From NCBI GenBank assembly GCA_958009085.1, contig OY253668.1, positions 1,364,001 through 1,428,000 on the forward strand: DNA of 64,000 nucleotides, read 5' to 3'. The notes beneath the pieces were generated by a model that made no database searches, was not told the DNA's origin, and worked only from the letters and a program-made list of their open reading frames with translations. Numbering within the stretch: position 1 is the stretch's first letter; every line of letters begins with the position of its first letter. This DNA is from Protoeuglena noctilucae. Taxonomy: Eukaryota. This document shows, one piece after another, positions 25,937 through 39,140 of this stretch. Both the position numbers and the translations under genes were made by a program.

Positions 25937-27836
25937 TCACACGCTTTCCAAGAACTTGTCGCGATACTCGGTCCCCCGAGCCAGCACGAAGAACACGGGG
26001 ATGCCTGGGATGACGTGGCCCTCCTCCCGCAGCACGTCGCCGAGGGGCTTGCGGGGATCCACGAGCACCGGCCGCACCGCCTGGGGTCCGTACCGCCGCA
26101 CGGGGTCCCACTCGCGCCCCCCAGGCCACGACCCCTGCAGTGCAGTGGCCAGCTGCTCCTCCCCGAGAGGCTGCGCCGCGTTGGCCATGTAGTAGGCCTC
26201 CACCTTGTCCAGGGTATACCGCCCCGCGGAGTCCCACGCGGGAGGGGGCACGCCAGGGCCGAACATGACCTGGGGCCGAGCACACGCAATGCGATGAGCG
26301 ACGACTGCACGGCCGGCAGTCACCCTTGCAGCCATGCAGCCGCGCTCGTGCCAGATGCGCGGCGAGCGGACATCGAGGCGCAGATAACGCCTTTTACCAG
26401 GACCTGGCAGCTGACTGGGGCAAGGCACCCCAGCAACCACCACTGATGTCAGCACCCAACCCCGGCAGCTCGCACCTCCAGGTGAGCCGAGAAAGGGTCG
26501 CTTTCACGCGCAGCTTCGATGGCCTCCTGCGCGCCCACTTCCGGATACAGCAGGAGCACGGGCCACGCCAGGGTACCATCCTCCAGCCGCTGCGGTTGGC
26601 GGTCGCCGATCGCAAACTGCGGAGGCCCGACCCGGAAGCCCCGCGACACGACCGCGCGAGCCAGCTCCCTGCAGGAAGCATCGTGACAGCGCTGTTTGAG
26701 CTCATCCTCAATGTCCCAGGTTCGGTACCGGCACTGCCATGGACGGCCCCCCGGGCCTACCCCGCTTCCTCTTCCCAAGCTCCCTACCTCGCAGGTGCCC
26801 TGGCCTCCTCCCTCTCCCTCTCCGCGCGGCGCCGAGCCTCCTCCGTCTTGCGTGCCTGCGCCGCAGCCTGCTCTCGAATCCGACGGAACTCCGCCGCATT
26901 CTCGACCCTCGCCCCGCGGTCGCATATCGACTGGCACTCCTCGAACTCCCGCAGCTCCAGCGCCGCCCGCGCGCCCCGCACGTACGCTTTGACGTGCGAG
27001 GGGTCCAGCGCCATCGCTCGCTTGGCATCGTTCAGGGCGCTCCGCCAGTTGTTCAGGTAGACGTGCGCCTGCGGCAGTGGGTCAGTACGGGCAGCTGTGA
27101 GCATCGCCATGGCTCGATCGCAGAGTGGCACAGCGGAGAAGAGGCTGGAGCGTCAACCCCGGCACCTGTGCGCGGTTCGAGTGAAGCACAGCTCGCAGCT
27201 TGTCGTCCTCCCAGCCTGGCTCCGCAATCGCCTTGCTATACAGGTCTGCGAGTATCGAACGCGGTGCCGTTCGATGCCCGCAAGGGTCGCCGCGCGGCGC
27301 TCGGAGGCGCAGCTGCACCCCCCTCACCGACCGCTTCCCGCACATAAAAGAGGTTTTTCCCCTTCTCCAGGTAAACTTTGAGCTTCCCGTTCCCCTGAGT
27401 CTTCCAATTCTCGGCACGCTCGGAAGGCGTCGTCTCCCCGTAGACCATCTCCTGCGCGCAGCCCGCCCCGCGTCGTCGTGGGCCAGCGCGGCACGAACGT
27501 GGGCGCGAAGGGAAACTGAGACCCGTTACACTCGCCTGAATGGCCCGGAACTCTGGGTTATCGTCTGCGTTCTCCGGTATCATCTCCCAAAAGAGAGGGT
27601 CTGCGGGGGAGCGCGTGAGGCATCAGGTCTACAGGCCTGGGACCAATCGACACAATGAGATGTCGAGTACGTGCGAGGGCGCCGGTCGGGACTGTCTGCC
27701 GCGGCATATACGCGGAGGGCTCTGCACATTGCGGCCGCCGCTCACGCGTGCTGATGTCCTCCATCTCAGGCGGCAGGGGCCGGCGCACGACCGTCCGCCC
27801 GCTTTCTTCCACCCCTTCATCATCGGATGACGACAT
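25937..27836 (-). CDS. TTC4: TTC4/Cns1 Hsp70/Hsp90 TPR co-chaperone
   Basis: ERAENWKTQGN, LHSNRAQAHVYLNNWRSALNDA, HVKAYVRGARA, LAWPVLLLYPE, MFGPGVPPPAWD, HVIPGIPVFFVL (wheel domain). Confidence 0.9.
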
Positions 27837-28115
27837 GGCGCCCCGCTTTGTCTGGTCGTGCGCTCAGCAGCGCCGCGACGGTGCTTGCAGCGAGCCTTGC
27901 GACGGCCAGGCGTCCGATGCTTCCGACAGCAGCTCAGACAGGTTGTTCAGAGCACTGCCACTTTGCCGGTAAGGTGCGGGGACTTGATGAACATGCTCCT
28001 GACACACATTCGTGCTGCACAGCGACGAGGACGGAACGTGCAGTGGCAGAAATCACATCATCCCAGCAGCTCGGGTCCGGATCTTCAAGCGTAAAGGACG
28101 CCGCGCTCTACCTCA

Positions 28116-30638
28116 TTATGGGTTCGACTTCTTGTCTTCCCACCGCTGCTCGCCCATCAGGTACAGCTGCTCGGAGTGGGTGTCAGCCGTGCCCGCCAAG
28201 TCGTTTTCGAACTCCTCCTCGATCGAGTCCCGCGGACTGACGCGGGCGATGTCGGACGGCTGCATATCGGGGCGGAAGACAGCTCGTGGGTCCCGCAGCT
28301 GGCGAACACGAGCGTGCGCTCACTCCGGCACACGCCACACCATGCCATCGGCGCATCCCTCGCAGTGCATCGCTTGTCAGCAACCGCGGCACCTCACCTT
28401 GGCCCCTTCGTCCTTCAGCAGAGCCTTCCAGGTGGCTGCCGTGCACACGCCCGACTCGGGCAGGTCATTGCAGGCCTGGAACACGCGGAGTGCCTCCGCC
28501 GTGGATTCCCCAAAGTTCCACCACGCCGTGTCGTCGTCCTCAGGGTAAAAGCCCGCGTGCCTGCGGGGCAGCTGCTCCTTGTGGTGTCGATATGAACCAA
28601 CACCGACGGCACGCACGTGCTGTGCTGGCCAACCGGCTCCTACGTGCGGCAGGAGAGGCACCCGCCCACGCACCGCAGAGCCAGCTGCATTTTGTGGACC
28701 AGCGGGCCCCCGTCACCCTCCCTCAGCACCGGCCACTCATTCAGGTCGCCCAGGGAAGCGCGGCCTGACACAAAGCTCCTCCCCGATTTGGACTTCCCTC
28801 CCTCAGCGACCTTGCCCGGTACTCCGTCGCCCTCGGCACCCGACGGCCGAGGCTCCGGCCCTCCCACCCCGCTCTGCCCTTCCTTGGCGCAGCTCACGCC
28901 GCCAAACCTGGCGAAGAAATCGGCAACAGGGTCGCCTTCCTTGGCCTGCCCCGCACCCGCGGCCCCGTCCGCACCCCCGCCCTGTCCCTGCTGCCCCGCC
29001 CCGCCCTCGAGTGGCCCGATGAGTTTCCCGTTCTCGCCCCACCGCATCGGTCGAGCGTCGGTGCCCAGAAGGATTGCCCATTCCTCAGGCCCCACGATCC
29101 CCGACTCCTCCAGGTCGTTGCAGGCCTGGAATGTCAGCACGGCTGACTGGGTCGAGTCGCCAAAGAACTGCAGGGGTAGGCCACGGCATTGCAGGTAATG
29201 AGTTGTATGGGGGGCAGAGGACAACCGTTCAACTTCCGGCAAGCACCCCATGTGTCGTGCACACGTCGCAGTTCACTTACCCACATCTCGACGTCGTCCT
29301 CTCCCGAGTAGACGCCCTTGTGCATCAGGCTCTGGTGCAGCTGGTGCATCCAGAAGATGTCGTCAGATCCCCGGGACAGCACGGGGGGCGGGCCAGCGGG
29401 TATCTCCACGTCCGGTGGCAGCGCACCCGCCCCCGGCTCGTCACTGTCAGAACCGGCTGCTTCGTAAGACACCAAGGCGCCGCCGGCGGACGCCGCAGCT
29501 GGCGGCACGGGGGGCCGGAGGGGGCTGCAAGCACGAGGGTGATGACTGTGACAGCAGAGTCGGGCACGATGGCAACCCATAATCAGAACGCCATAGTATT
29601 GGTTACTGCAACCGGAAAAGGCTCTCTTGCAAATTCACCTTGCAGGACGTGGGGTCAATGGGGCAGGGGCGCTGGGTCGGCTGGCAATGGCTTCGTCAAA
29701 TTGGGTCGACAGGACATCGACGCCGCTCTGGACGGCCTGCAGTGCCCGCGCGATATCGGCAGCAACACCGGACGGGGGCGACGCGGGCTGAGCTGAGCGC
29801 GTCGGGGGCGGTGAAGGCAGTGAAGGCGATGAGGGCGCTGGAGGTGCAGCCGTGTCTCGGGCCGCGAGTTGCTTGGCGAGCTGCACGATCGTGTCTGTCA
29901 GGCGGTCAACTTGAGCTTGCAGCTCCCGCTCCCGCGCCTGCAAGCGAGGGAGAGTGTGCCGATGGGTTGCGGGAACACGGATGCGACCTGGCGCTGTCTT
30001 GCTGTCTGCAGCATTGCTCTCCCCGGCAGCGCGACGTCGCAACGCAACCATCGCTCACCCGCCAGTCGTCCCTGTCCTGCGCGAACCTCCGAACCTCGGC
30101 CTCCAGCAACTGCCGCTGGAGATGCACCACCTCGCGCATCGCGGCTTCCGCAGATGAACCCCTGCGGCACTCCGTGAAGCGGACACATGGTCGCTTAAAC
30201 CTAGACAAACTCTCAAGCCTGCAAGAGCGGCAACGCAATCACCTTGGCGACTCGTGCTCGTCGTCCGATTCGTCCCTCTCCTTCTTGCCCCGTCCGCGGT
30301 CCTCAGCCGGCCCGCCCCTACTAGCGGATGCGTCAGCGTCTTTCTTCCCCCAAACGCGTACTGATCGCGGAGCTTTATTGGGGATCGCGAGGCACAGCCT
30401 GCGGACAAGATGGGCTGCCCCGCGTTCCCGCGAATCGGTCAGCGCCCGCGCGCCATGGCCATCTCGAGGGTCAGAGCAAAAGCGGTAACTTGAGCAGATG
30501 CAGGACCCGCACAGCGCGGCGCGCGCGCCCACACGCTGGCCTGCATGCGTCACCTCGCTGCGCAGGGCCCAGGGCGGGGCACCGGGGCCCCGATGCGCCC
30601 ACCCCACAAATTCATTGACACCCTAGGAACTAGCGCCA
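28116..30638 (-). CDS. pTAC5-like plastid protein with coiled coil and two PG_binding_1-type domains (5' end uncertain)
   Basis: LLEAEVRRFAQDRDDWR|ARERELQ; repeat 1 LSRGSDDIFWMHQLHQSL...FFGDSTQSAVLTFQACNDLEESGIVG; repeat 2 LREGDGGPLVHKMQLAL...FGESTAEALRVFQACNDLPESGVC; ends LMGEQRWEDKKSNP*. Confidence 0.78.
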
Positions 30639-31239
30639 TGGAGCTGGCTCCCGCTCAGCTTTCCGGGCGCACAGCCAGCAGCGACGGGCGGGGCCCAAGT
30701 GTGCTGGAAGCGTTTCGCAAGACAGTTAAATTACAAGTTGGTCCGGTGCTCGATAACGAGGTTGATATGCGCCCGTGCGTACATGCTCGTGCCCGGAAGA
30801 GATGCCAATTGCGTGTCAGTCGGGGTGCACCATGCTCTGACACCCCCGGCCTCAGCTCAAGGCGAGCAGCCAGGGCTAAGGGAAGCATACACGAACCGCA
30901 TGCGTAGCGAGCGCGCCTGGCCCATCCTGAGGAAAATCCGCGAGTGCCAGCACCGCCACCCCACGCACTGTCCCTGGCCGAACCAGCGAACCCTAGTCTC
31001 GTCTTGGGCTTCACTTCGTTTTCAAGCTGCATACAGATGTGCGGCGGGACATGAGGGCGTGCAATGGCGCTCCGGAGCAGGCATGCGGGCGGCGTGCCAA
31101 CAACGAGGTGGGACCTGCATGGCGCTGCCGCCACCGCACGTGCAGCCACTCGCCCACGCAGCAAATAGCTGTAATTATGCGCGATCGATGCTGCCGCGCC
31201 CCTTTCATTGACCGGGCATCGTTCCCTTGCTCGCGCTGC

Positions 31240-34200
31240 ATGCGCAGGGCTAATGCAGACGGCCGCACTGGGGCCGCCCGGGGACTCAAGGACAAGCGCA
31301 CCCCCTCCCGCGCTAGCTTTATATTTGCACAATCGCTTCTTCACACCCGCATCTCACGGGCATGGCTCCTGGCAATCGGCGCCTTGGCGCTGCTTGTGCT
31401 CGCGGCCCTTCGACCTCGTCGGACGCCCTGGCACATCACGGAGGATGCGACCGGCTTGCGGTTCCACAATGGATTCGTCAACGTGGGCAAGGAACCCCCG
31501 GCCTTCATGCCCGGCACGCCCCCCAAGCATCCATCCGAGTGGGTCGGGCCGCAGCACGGGCTCGTCCTGCAGCGCGGGGACGGGTGGGGCGAGCAGATTG
31601 CGGACGCTGCCGTGTCCGACGCTGAGGACGTCCCCGCGGCGTGGGCGGGGTTCGCCGGGCGCCGTATCCCCCGGCTCATCTTCACGACCGAGCGCGACTA
31701 CACCTTTCTGTCCAAGCCGGACCGCGCGCGGTGGATCCAGTCGTGCGCCGATCGCAACCCTGGCTGGCAGGTGCACGCCGAACGGTCTCTGCTTCCAAAG
31801 CCACCCTGCTCCCAAAGCAGCCAAGACGTGCTGTGCCTCGCGTCTGCCGCGATCTCTCCTGCGCCTGCCCCGGCTGCAGGTGCGGGTGTACTCGGACGAC
31901 GACGCCATGGCCTTCGTGGCATCGGAGTTCCCGGAGTTCCTCGACGCGTACCGCGCACTCCCCGCCAGCGTGCAGCGTGCCGACTTCTTCCGATATCTTA
32001 TCCTCCTTCGCTACGGCGGGGCGTACGTCGACTCGGACGTCGCGTGCAAGCAGCCGTTCGACGCCGTGGTGCAGGGCGCCGACACGCTCATCGTGGGGTG
32101 GGAGAACGTCTTCCCCACCGTGGAGATCGCCACACAGCGCACCTACGCCCGGCAGAAGCAGATACTCCAGGCGAGTCGAGCGTCATCTGAAATTCCAAAG
32201 ATGGGACCCCGTATTTGGTGGACCCCATCCTTGGGGTGTCTGGTGTTGGAACGTGCCCGGGGGTTGCTGGGTGCGGCAGGTGCGACTGCAACAGCGCACG
32301 CACATTGCGTCGCCCAAATTGCCAGCGCAGCACACCGCCTTGCTCCGCAGTGGACGTTGATTGCAGCTCCCGGCCACCCGGCCCTGGCTTCCATCTCAGA
32401 ACACGTTGCCCGCTTCGCCCGCCACATCTTCACCCCGAACAGAGACAGGAACGTACTGGAGGTCAGCGGACCCGGAGCCTGGACGGACGCCGTGATGCGC
32501 CGTCTGCCGCCCGCGGTGTCGCCGGAGGACTTTGCTCGCTGGCGCGTCAAGGTCCTCGCCCGCGTGGCGTGGGCCAACTTTCCCGCAGGGCTCGACGGCT
32601 TGCCGCCACAGGCACCCGGAGAATGGGTGGTGCACCAGTTTTCTGGAAGCTGGAAGAGCCGCAGGGAGAGGTGAGAGGGGTAAAGATAGAGCAACTTTGC
32701 ACTAGCTCGCACTCGTGGGGTGCCACGTGGGCTGCCGCCACTCGGTAAAGCTAGAGAGCTTCTGCGCTAGCTGTCTGCTCGCACCGTGGGCTGTTGTCGC
32801 GCTGGTAGGTCTCGGGCGCGCAGCCACCGCCACCCAGCCACCGCACCCGCCTTACCCTTACTCTTGCCCTCACCCGCCCCTCCCCGCCACCCCGACGCAG
32901 GCACCTGGTGCCTCGCTGGGGCCCCCGCAACCCGGGCCCCTTCCTCCTCCGCCCCCTCGTCTCCCTCGTCATGGCGCGGTTCAAATCTTGGAAGGACATC
33001 CCGCAGTCGCCGCCCATCTGGCGCGCCTTCGTCCGCCGTCACTTCTTTCGCCTCAGCCCCTACGTCAAGGGCAATCACCTCCGCCCGCCCGCGGTGTCGC
33101 CGCTCGAGAGGCCGGCCCACACGCGCCCGCTGGACGACTCCCTGTTCCTGTCCATCCGAGATGCATGGACGGGGGCCTTCACCGACATCCGCGTGCACCT
33201 CGTCGGCGTCGACGCATTCGTCCGCGGCGACGGAGCCGACCCATCCGCGGACCTTTTGCGCTGGGGAGCGGCCTTCCCGCCCGTCGCGCCCGTGCGTGGC
33301 CCGCTACCCCATGACGCTTTGCAGGGACTGCTGATCGAGTCCCCTGTGGCCAAGGCCTGCGCTGGCCGCAGCGGCCGGGACGCGTCGGCGCAGTGGTGCT
33401 GGCCGGTGCGCGAGGGGGAGCGGTGGGGGCGGATGCACCCCGGAGGGAGGGGCGCAGGCATGGGCGGGGGCGCGGGTGGGTGGGGTCACGCGTCTGGGGT
33501 TGGATGGGACCCACGGAGTAGGCGGCAGGGATCCAGCGGTGGGAGGGGACACGAGAGCCACGATGCCGGGAGGGCGAGGTGGAGCGCTTGCGGCTCGCAG
33601 GCAGCCTGGGGCCGCTCGCATGGCAAGGAGGGTAGCGGGGCAGGCAGCGGGGTGGCGGTCGCTGCGGGCGCCAGCTGCAGCAGAAGTGGGGAGAGAGGGC
33701 CGGGCAGCGACAGCGGCCATGGGGTGGACGGAGTCTCAGCGTGCACGCCAGCCAGGGCCGGGGCGGGTGCGGTCGCGATCCCCGCCAGAGCGACGCGCGT
33801 CGACTGCCAGAAACGGACGGTCAGCGGGCGGCCACGGGTGGTGCTGGTGGACGACGCTCACGCAGAAGTGGGGGTCGGGGCAATCCTGGGGGCCCGAAGA
33901 GGCCTGTCAGTCGTGGCTTATCGAGGAGATAGTTCGTATGCCAAGCTGCTGGCCGAGTCTGCGCAGGGCAGCCGTGAGGCCATGGAGAGCGCCGGGGGTT
34001 CGGTGGACCTGGTGGAGGCGCAGCTGGGCGCGTCCGAGGGCGTGGCATGCGCGGTGCGTGGGGACGAGTGGGCAGCCACGGCGGCGGAGGCGTTCCGGGG
34101 CGGCGTGCGCCGGCTGAGCGTGGCGGAGACGCAGGGGCGCCCCTTGACGCCGGAGGAGGGCCTGGAGTTTCGATACCCGGGTCAGCGGTACCTGCCGCCC

Positions 34201-35179
34201 GCTCCGCCGGGTCTGTGGGACATGGGCCCTTCGGGAGAGTGCGAGGCGTTTGTGGGGGACCGGGTGCGGTTGACATCGCTGGATCAAGAGTGGCGGGACG
34301 GGCGGCTGGGGCTGGAGGACGCGGAGGGGTGGGGGCTGAGCGTGGCGGGAGGTGGCTGGGAGGGGTGGGCGCTGTGGGGTGCGCGAGGCGTGATGGCGAG
34401 CCGGGCACCCCGGGGGGTCCTCTTGGAGTGGGCGCCATGGGAGATGGTGGCGAGAGGGTGGGGCGGAGACGTGCAGGTGAGGATGCGGCGTGTTGCTTAT
34501 ACCGATAGCAATGTGCACAGCGTGCTGTTCATAGTAATAGCAACGAGCCCAGGGCACCTTGCGGCATGTCACAAGTGATGGCTGAGTTGACTGCATACAA
34601 CGCTTGGTGGGACCAACATTGGCTTCTCTTTCGGCACCCTCCCAGGAGTTCCTGCCTTCGATCATCGCCAGGCACCGTCTCGGCGGGCGTGTGTACGTGG
34701 CTGGGTCCTGGTGCGATCACCATTTGGTGGACGCGGGCAAGTACGACAGGCGGCGGCCGCTCGACACCAGCGCACTCATCTGGTGCCGGGTGGCGACAGA
34801 GGCGGCGCTCAGGGACCTGGCGAAGGCGTCTGCATTGCGGTGAGGCTGGCGCAAGGGATAACGAGGTGGGGTGAGAGGGGTGGCAGGGTCTGGGTGGGGG
34901 CTGTGAAGGAAGCAACCAGATGCAGCTGTCTAGTGGCGCAAGTTCGGGTGGCAGACCTTTGCCATTTCTTTGCGCCGCAGGCACACGCGCGTGCATGTGT
35001 TGATGGTCCACGAGGACACGCTGACGGTCAGCCCGGCCTATGCGCGCACGTGGGTGACCTACATGGACGCGCACGCGCTGCTCGTGCCCAGCCGGGACTG
35101 GTGGTCGCGGTGGGTGGGGCCCGACCCTGGCCCATGGGACCGGGTGCTGCTGCCCGACATCGTCCTGCCCGAGCGGTGA
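31240..35179 (+). CDS. Type II membrane glycosyltransferase family 32 (OCH1-like, DXD) fused to a long C-terminal region with degenerate FkbM-type methyltransferase features
   Basis: TM WLLAIGALALLVLAAL; IPRLIF, NPGW, RADFFRYLILLRYGGAYVDSDV, ILQ|WT, GPGAWTDAV, HQFSGSWK; GT donor at 32671 joins in frame to the 32908-34578 ORF, then two more exons to TGA 35179. Confidence 0.8.
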
Positions 35180-35692
35180 CATCGGCGGCGCTCTGGCACC
35201 CAGACGATAGACTCGTCGCCATTAGCGCACTTGCCATCAGCGCACTGGCGCGGACTCCACGCAGCCATGCAGGAGGGCCCGCTGCCACTGCGCCCTGTGT
35301 TTGAGCCTCTACGCCCTTTTTTGAGGAGTCCAATCCTCGATTTTGGCCAGGTTTTCCCCGTTTGCTCGCATTTTGTCCTCTCCTCCCCGACGTCACGTTC
35401 GGTCAGCCGGCGAGAGCGCCGTGCGGCGGTAGCCAACCTTGCGCAAGAGCGGGCATTTGGAGTGCCATAGCAACTTTCGCTCCCCTTGACAGCTGAGGGC
35501 TTGAAGCGCGTAGCGAGCAACCGCAAGGCCCGCCACGGCCTGCCAACGCCGCATGCCAATCACATGCCCAGCAAAGCCTCGATAACCGCCAGCCCTCGAG
35601 CAATCATCCAAGCCGGCGCGCCCAGCAATAGGAAAACTCCACACAGCCCCGTACATGAACGCTGATGACGATGCACTAAGCCCAACTCCACT

Positions 35693-37070
35693 TCACCGGT
35701 CCATCCGGGGTCGCTTGGGCGCCGGGCGCTGCTCCATCCCGTCTCCGTCGCCGCCCCCACCCGCCGGCCAGGCGGACACCCCTGCCCCGCCCTCGTCCCC
35801 AGCACCCGCCTCCCCACCCCCCGGCGTCCAGGGAGGTATGTCCGATCCGCCCCCGCGCGCGCCAGCCCCCGCCTCCCCGTGTGGCCCCTCGCCCTCCTCC
35901 TTCGCCCCCGCGCCGCCCTGCCCGTCGTCGTCCCCCGCCCGCGGCCTCTGCGCCCCCGTGAGCCCCATCTTCTGTATCAAGTCCTTGTCGTACACCATCT
36001 GGAACGCCCGGCCCTTGAAGTCGAATAGGACTTCGGATCCGTCGTCGGACATCTCGATGACGGGGACCTCCGCGCTGTCGCGGCCCTGCGGCATCGTGTA
36101 CAGCAGCACGAAGGGCGTGTGCAGGCGGCTCTCCGGGGGCACCGCGGGCTGGGAGGCGTTGCGGCGGACGAGCGCGCGGAGGCAGTGGTAGTCGGAGAGA
36201 AGAGTGGACAGGTGCGCGCGCTTCTGCGGGCAAGGGGTCGCGGACATGGTTACCGCAAAGCACCGCCGCGACGAGCATCGTGACCCGGAGAAAAGTGGCA
36301 CGGCCACCATGCTGTTCATCCACCCTCGCTGCCCTCTCGCCTTGTCCAGCTGCGCTGCCTTGACCCGGCAATCGTCGCGCATCCTCTCCAGGTCTTCCTC
36401 CGTCGACGCTGGTAGCCCCCGCCAGTAAATCTCCTTGCGCTCTTTGGCGATGATCTGCGCGGCAAGCGTGCCAGGCACGTCGGTCCCCACGGCCCTCGCC
36501 CTCATCATGCCCGGCGCCATGCTGGAGATGCCGCGCCCCTCACCTCCATGGCCATCAGGACATTGAGGGCGTCGTACACCCGGCGACGGATATTCTTCTC
36601 GTCCATCATCAGCGGCTCGTTCCCCGCCTCAGACCGCAGCTCCGTCACCAGGTCATCCGCCACCTCGTTGTACGTGGTCCGGCCCCTCTCCTCGACCTTG
36701 GCGCACACGCGGCTGCTGAAGTGACTGCGGGCGGGGCGAAACGAAGCGACGTTGCCCGGCCGCAGTCCGGGGCTGCCAGAAAGGCGCCCAAGCAAGGCAC
36801 GTACCGAAGGCCTTTGCCGCGGTCAGCCGCGACGCGGGGAGCACCGCCGACACCGCCGCCATTGCCGCCGCCACGCCGACCAAGGTGCGCTTCGCCCTGG
36901 CCCGTGGTGTCGGCGTGCATATGCGCCAGGGCTTGCGCGATGGATTCGGTCGCGCCGTCCGTGGCCCGCCCGACCTGCGCGTCTACGTCGGACACGATGC
37001 GTGACAGGCGATGCATGACCTCCTCCGCGTTCCGAATTGCGCCCTCGTTCGTCTCCAGAAGCCTGCAGCC
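35693..37070 (-). CDS. DP: DP transcription factor (E2F dimerization partner); 5' exons extend further upstream, start not resolved
   Basis: [75 protein letters not shown]. Confidence 0.93.
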
Positions 37071-38251
37071 AGGCGGACGATCCCGTGCATGTCGCGGCGG
37101 ACACACACATGGCCTCTACTCCCGCCTCAGGTGCCCAACAGTCCACGACGTGAGCATTGTAACTAGCTCGAAGTGACCAGAGTCGGTGGCCAAGGTTAGG
37201 AAGCGCGACGCACCGCGCCCGCTGCGGGGGACGTGAGGAGATGAGCGGCTCCTGAGGCAGCCGCACTGTGGAAGCCGCCTGGACGCCCGGGTCCACGGAC
37301 GGGCCGCGAACAAGATGCTCTCCGATAATGAGCTGCATATCCGAGGCCGCATTGTACAAGCCCTGCGGGTCGAGGGAGGGAGGGTCCCTGTCTGCACCCA
37401 ACAGACAAGGTGGCCCGTCTTCGCAGGTCCGACGGCCGCGCGCGGCTCGGGTTCGCGAGGACAGACGATACAACAACAAGATGTCAACAGAGGCCTCGTC
37501 GTGCCGCTCCGGGGGTCGCCACCGCGCGAACGGGCCTCGAAAGGGGCACCGCCTAATTGGCAGGGCGCAAGCGGCAAGCCACCCTCCAAACGGGAACCCC
37601 TTCGCCAGTCGCAACTCTCAGATGGTCCAAGCACCCTGGGAGCTGCCGCGCTCGCGGGCTCACCGCCTCCTCGAAGCTCCTCACGAGGTCGTCGTGCCAC
37701 GACCCGTTGGGCACGGGACCTCCCTCCATCCCGCCTCCCCTCGCGGGGCTCAGACTGCAGTGACGCTTCTACTGTCTCCGCCGCACTATAATGGGCAATG
37801 GCACGCGCGCGGCTGCCTGCACAGGCGAGCCATGTGGAAGGGGAGCAATTGCCTTCGACGAGTTCGCGGGAGAGCCGGGTTCAAGAATTAATGCAGCTTA
37901 CGCTCCAGCTTCGCGCGGACCTAAGCCTCCCGTCGCTGTCAGAGCGAGGGGAAGTCCCCGCCCGAGCTGGAGCGAGCCACCATCCAGCTTTCCAGCAATT
38001 TCGAGGTCGTAGTCCCTTAAATCGAATGCGGGCAAGGCGCCCGCCGAAGTTGGCTGTGCCGGCAAACCAGCCTCGCGTCCTCTGGACCTCCCAGTCCATG
38101 TGTCGCGAAGACACCTAGAATTTTCGACACCAAGAAGCTGTAGCCGTCTTCTCCTGGCCTGGTTCGGGCCCGACCGGTCTTCCCGCCGCGCGTTGTCAGC
38201 GCGGGCGCGGTTCGCATCTCGGCAGGGCGGGCTCGCCCGCACGGGGTCACG

Positions 38252-39140
38252 ATGGCGTCCCGCGTCGCGCACGATGCGGAGAACGTGGGTGCAGGTGCGT
38301 CGCTGCGCTGCGAGAATCTGCGGGCGGCTGCCGGGAGTCTGGGCGGGAGCGGGAGCGCTTTGCCCGTGGTCTCGAGCCCCTCCGCGCTCACGTCCGCAGG
38401 GTTGGGGCCCATGGCGGCAAAGGCTCGAGGTCTGGCCCCGCAGGCGCCGGGGTCCGTCAGAAAGGTGAACGGGACTGCGCAGGAGAGGCTTTGGAAACGG
38501 ACCCCTGCGCTCTCGTGCGCGACGCGTTGACCTGTGTCCGACTCGCAGGCTCTCGGCAACATCACTAACCGCGGCCAGCCTGGCGACGCGGCCACGCCCG
38601 GGCCCTTGAAGGCTCGCCTCGGGGTGCCATCGACCCCGGGTGCTGCTCGGGATGCCGACACTGCCCAGCCGGGCCCCACGGCGGCAAAGCAGGAAGCGCA
38701 GGGGAGAATCGAGGAATGGGCCCGGGAAGGCGTGGAGGCGACAGCAGGGATGACAGCGGAGGAGGCGTGGGCCAGGGAGGACCGCGCTTTGCGGGAGGTG
38801 GGTCACGTCCATCCCAGCCCTTACAGCAGCCCGTCAAAGGATAGTGGGTTCACCACAACCGCCAGCTCTTGTCCCTCTCAACCAGCCCTGCCTTGCTGTC
38901 CCACAGGAGACGTCTGCCCGCACGGCTGCTGCTGTCGCGTGGCTGTCCCGCGCACCCCCGGCCCTCTGGGCGTCTCCTAGAAAACCTGGGCTGCTCTCCG
39001 TGCGCATGGACGCCCCACAAGCGGACGAGGAGGAGGACTACCGAAGGAGGAAGCGACCGGGGCAGGCAAACGTCGATGACCTGCTCGTCGATGTCGATGT
39101 ACTCTTGCAAGGGGGCAGCTTCGGGCCGCACATCACCTAG
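38252..39140 (+). CDS. Securin/PATRONUS-like small protein with destruction box
   Basis: Spliced N-terminus MASRVAHDAENVGAG|LGPMAAKARG...SVRK|ALGNITN gives an RxxLxxxxN D-box after a DxEN (KEN/DEN-like) motif; then IEEWAREGVE. Confidence 0.55.
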
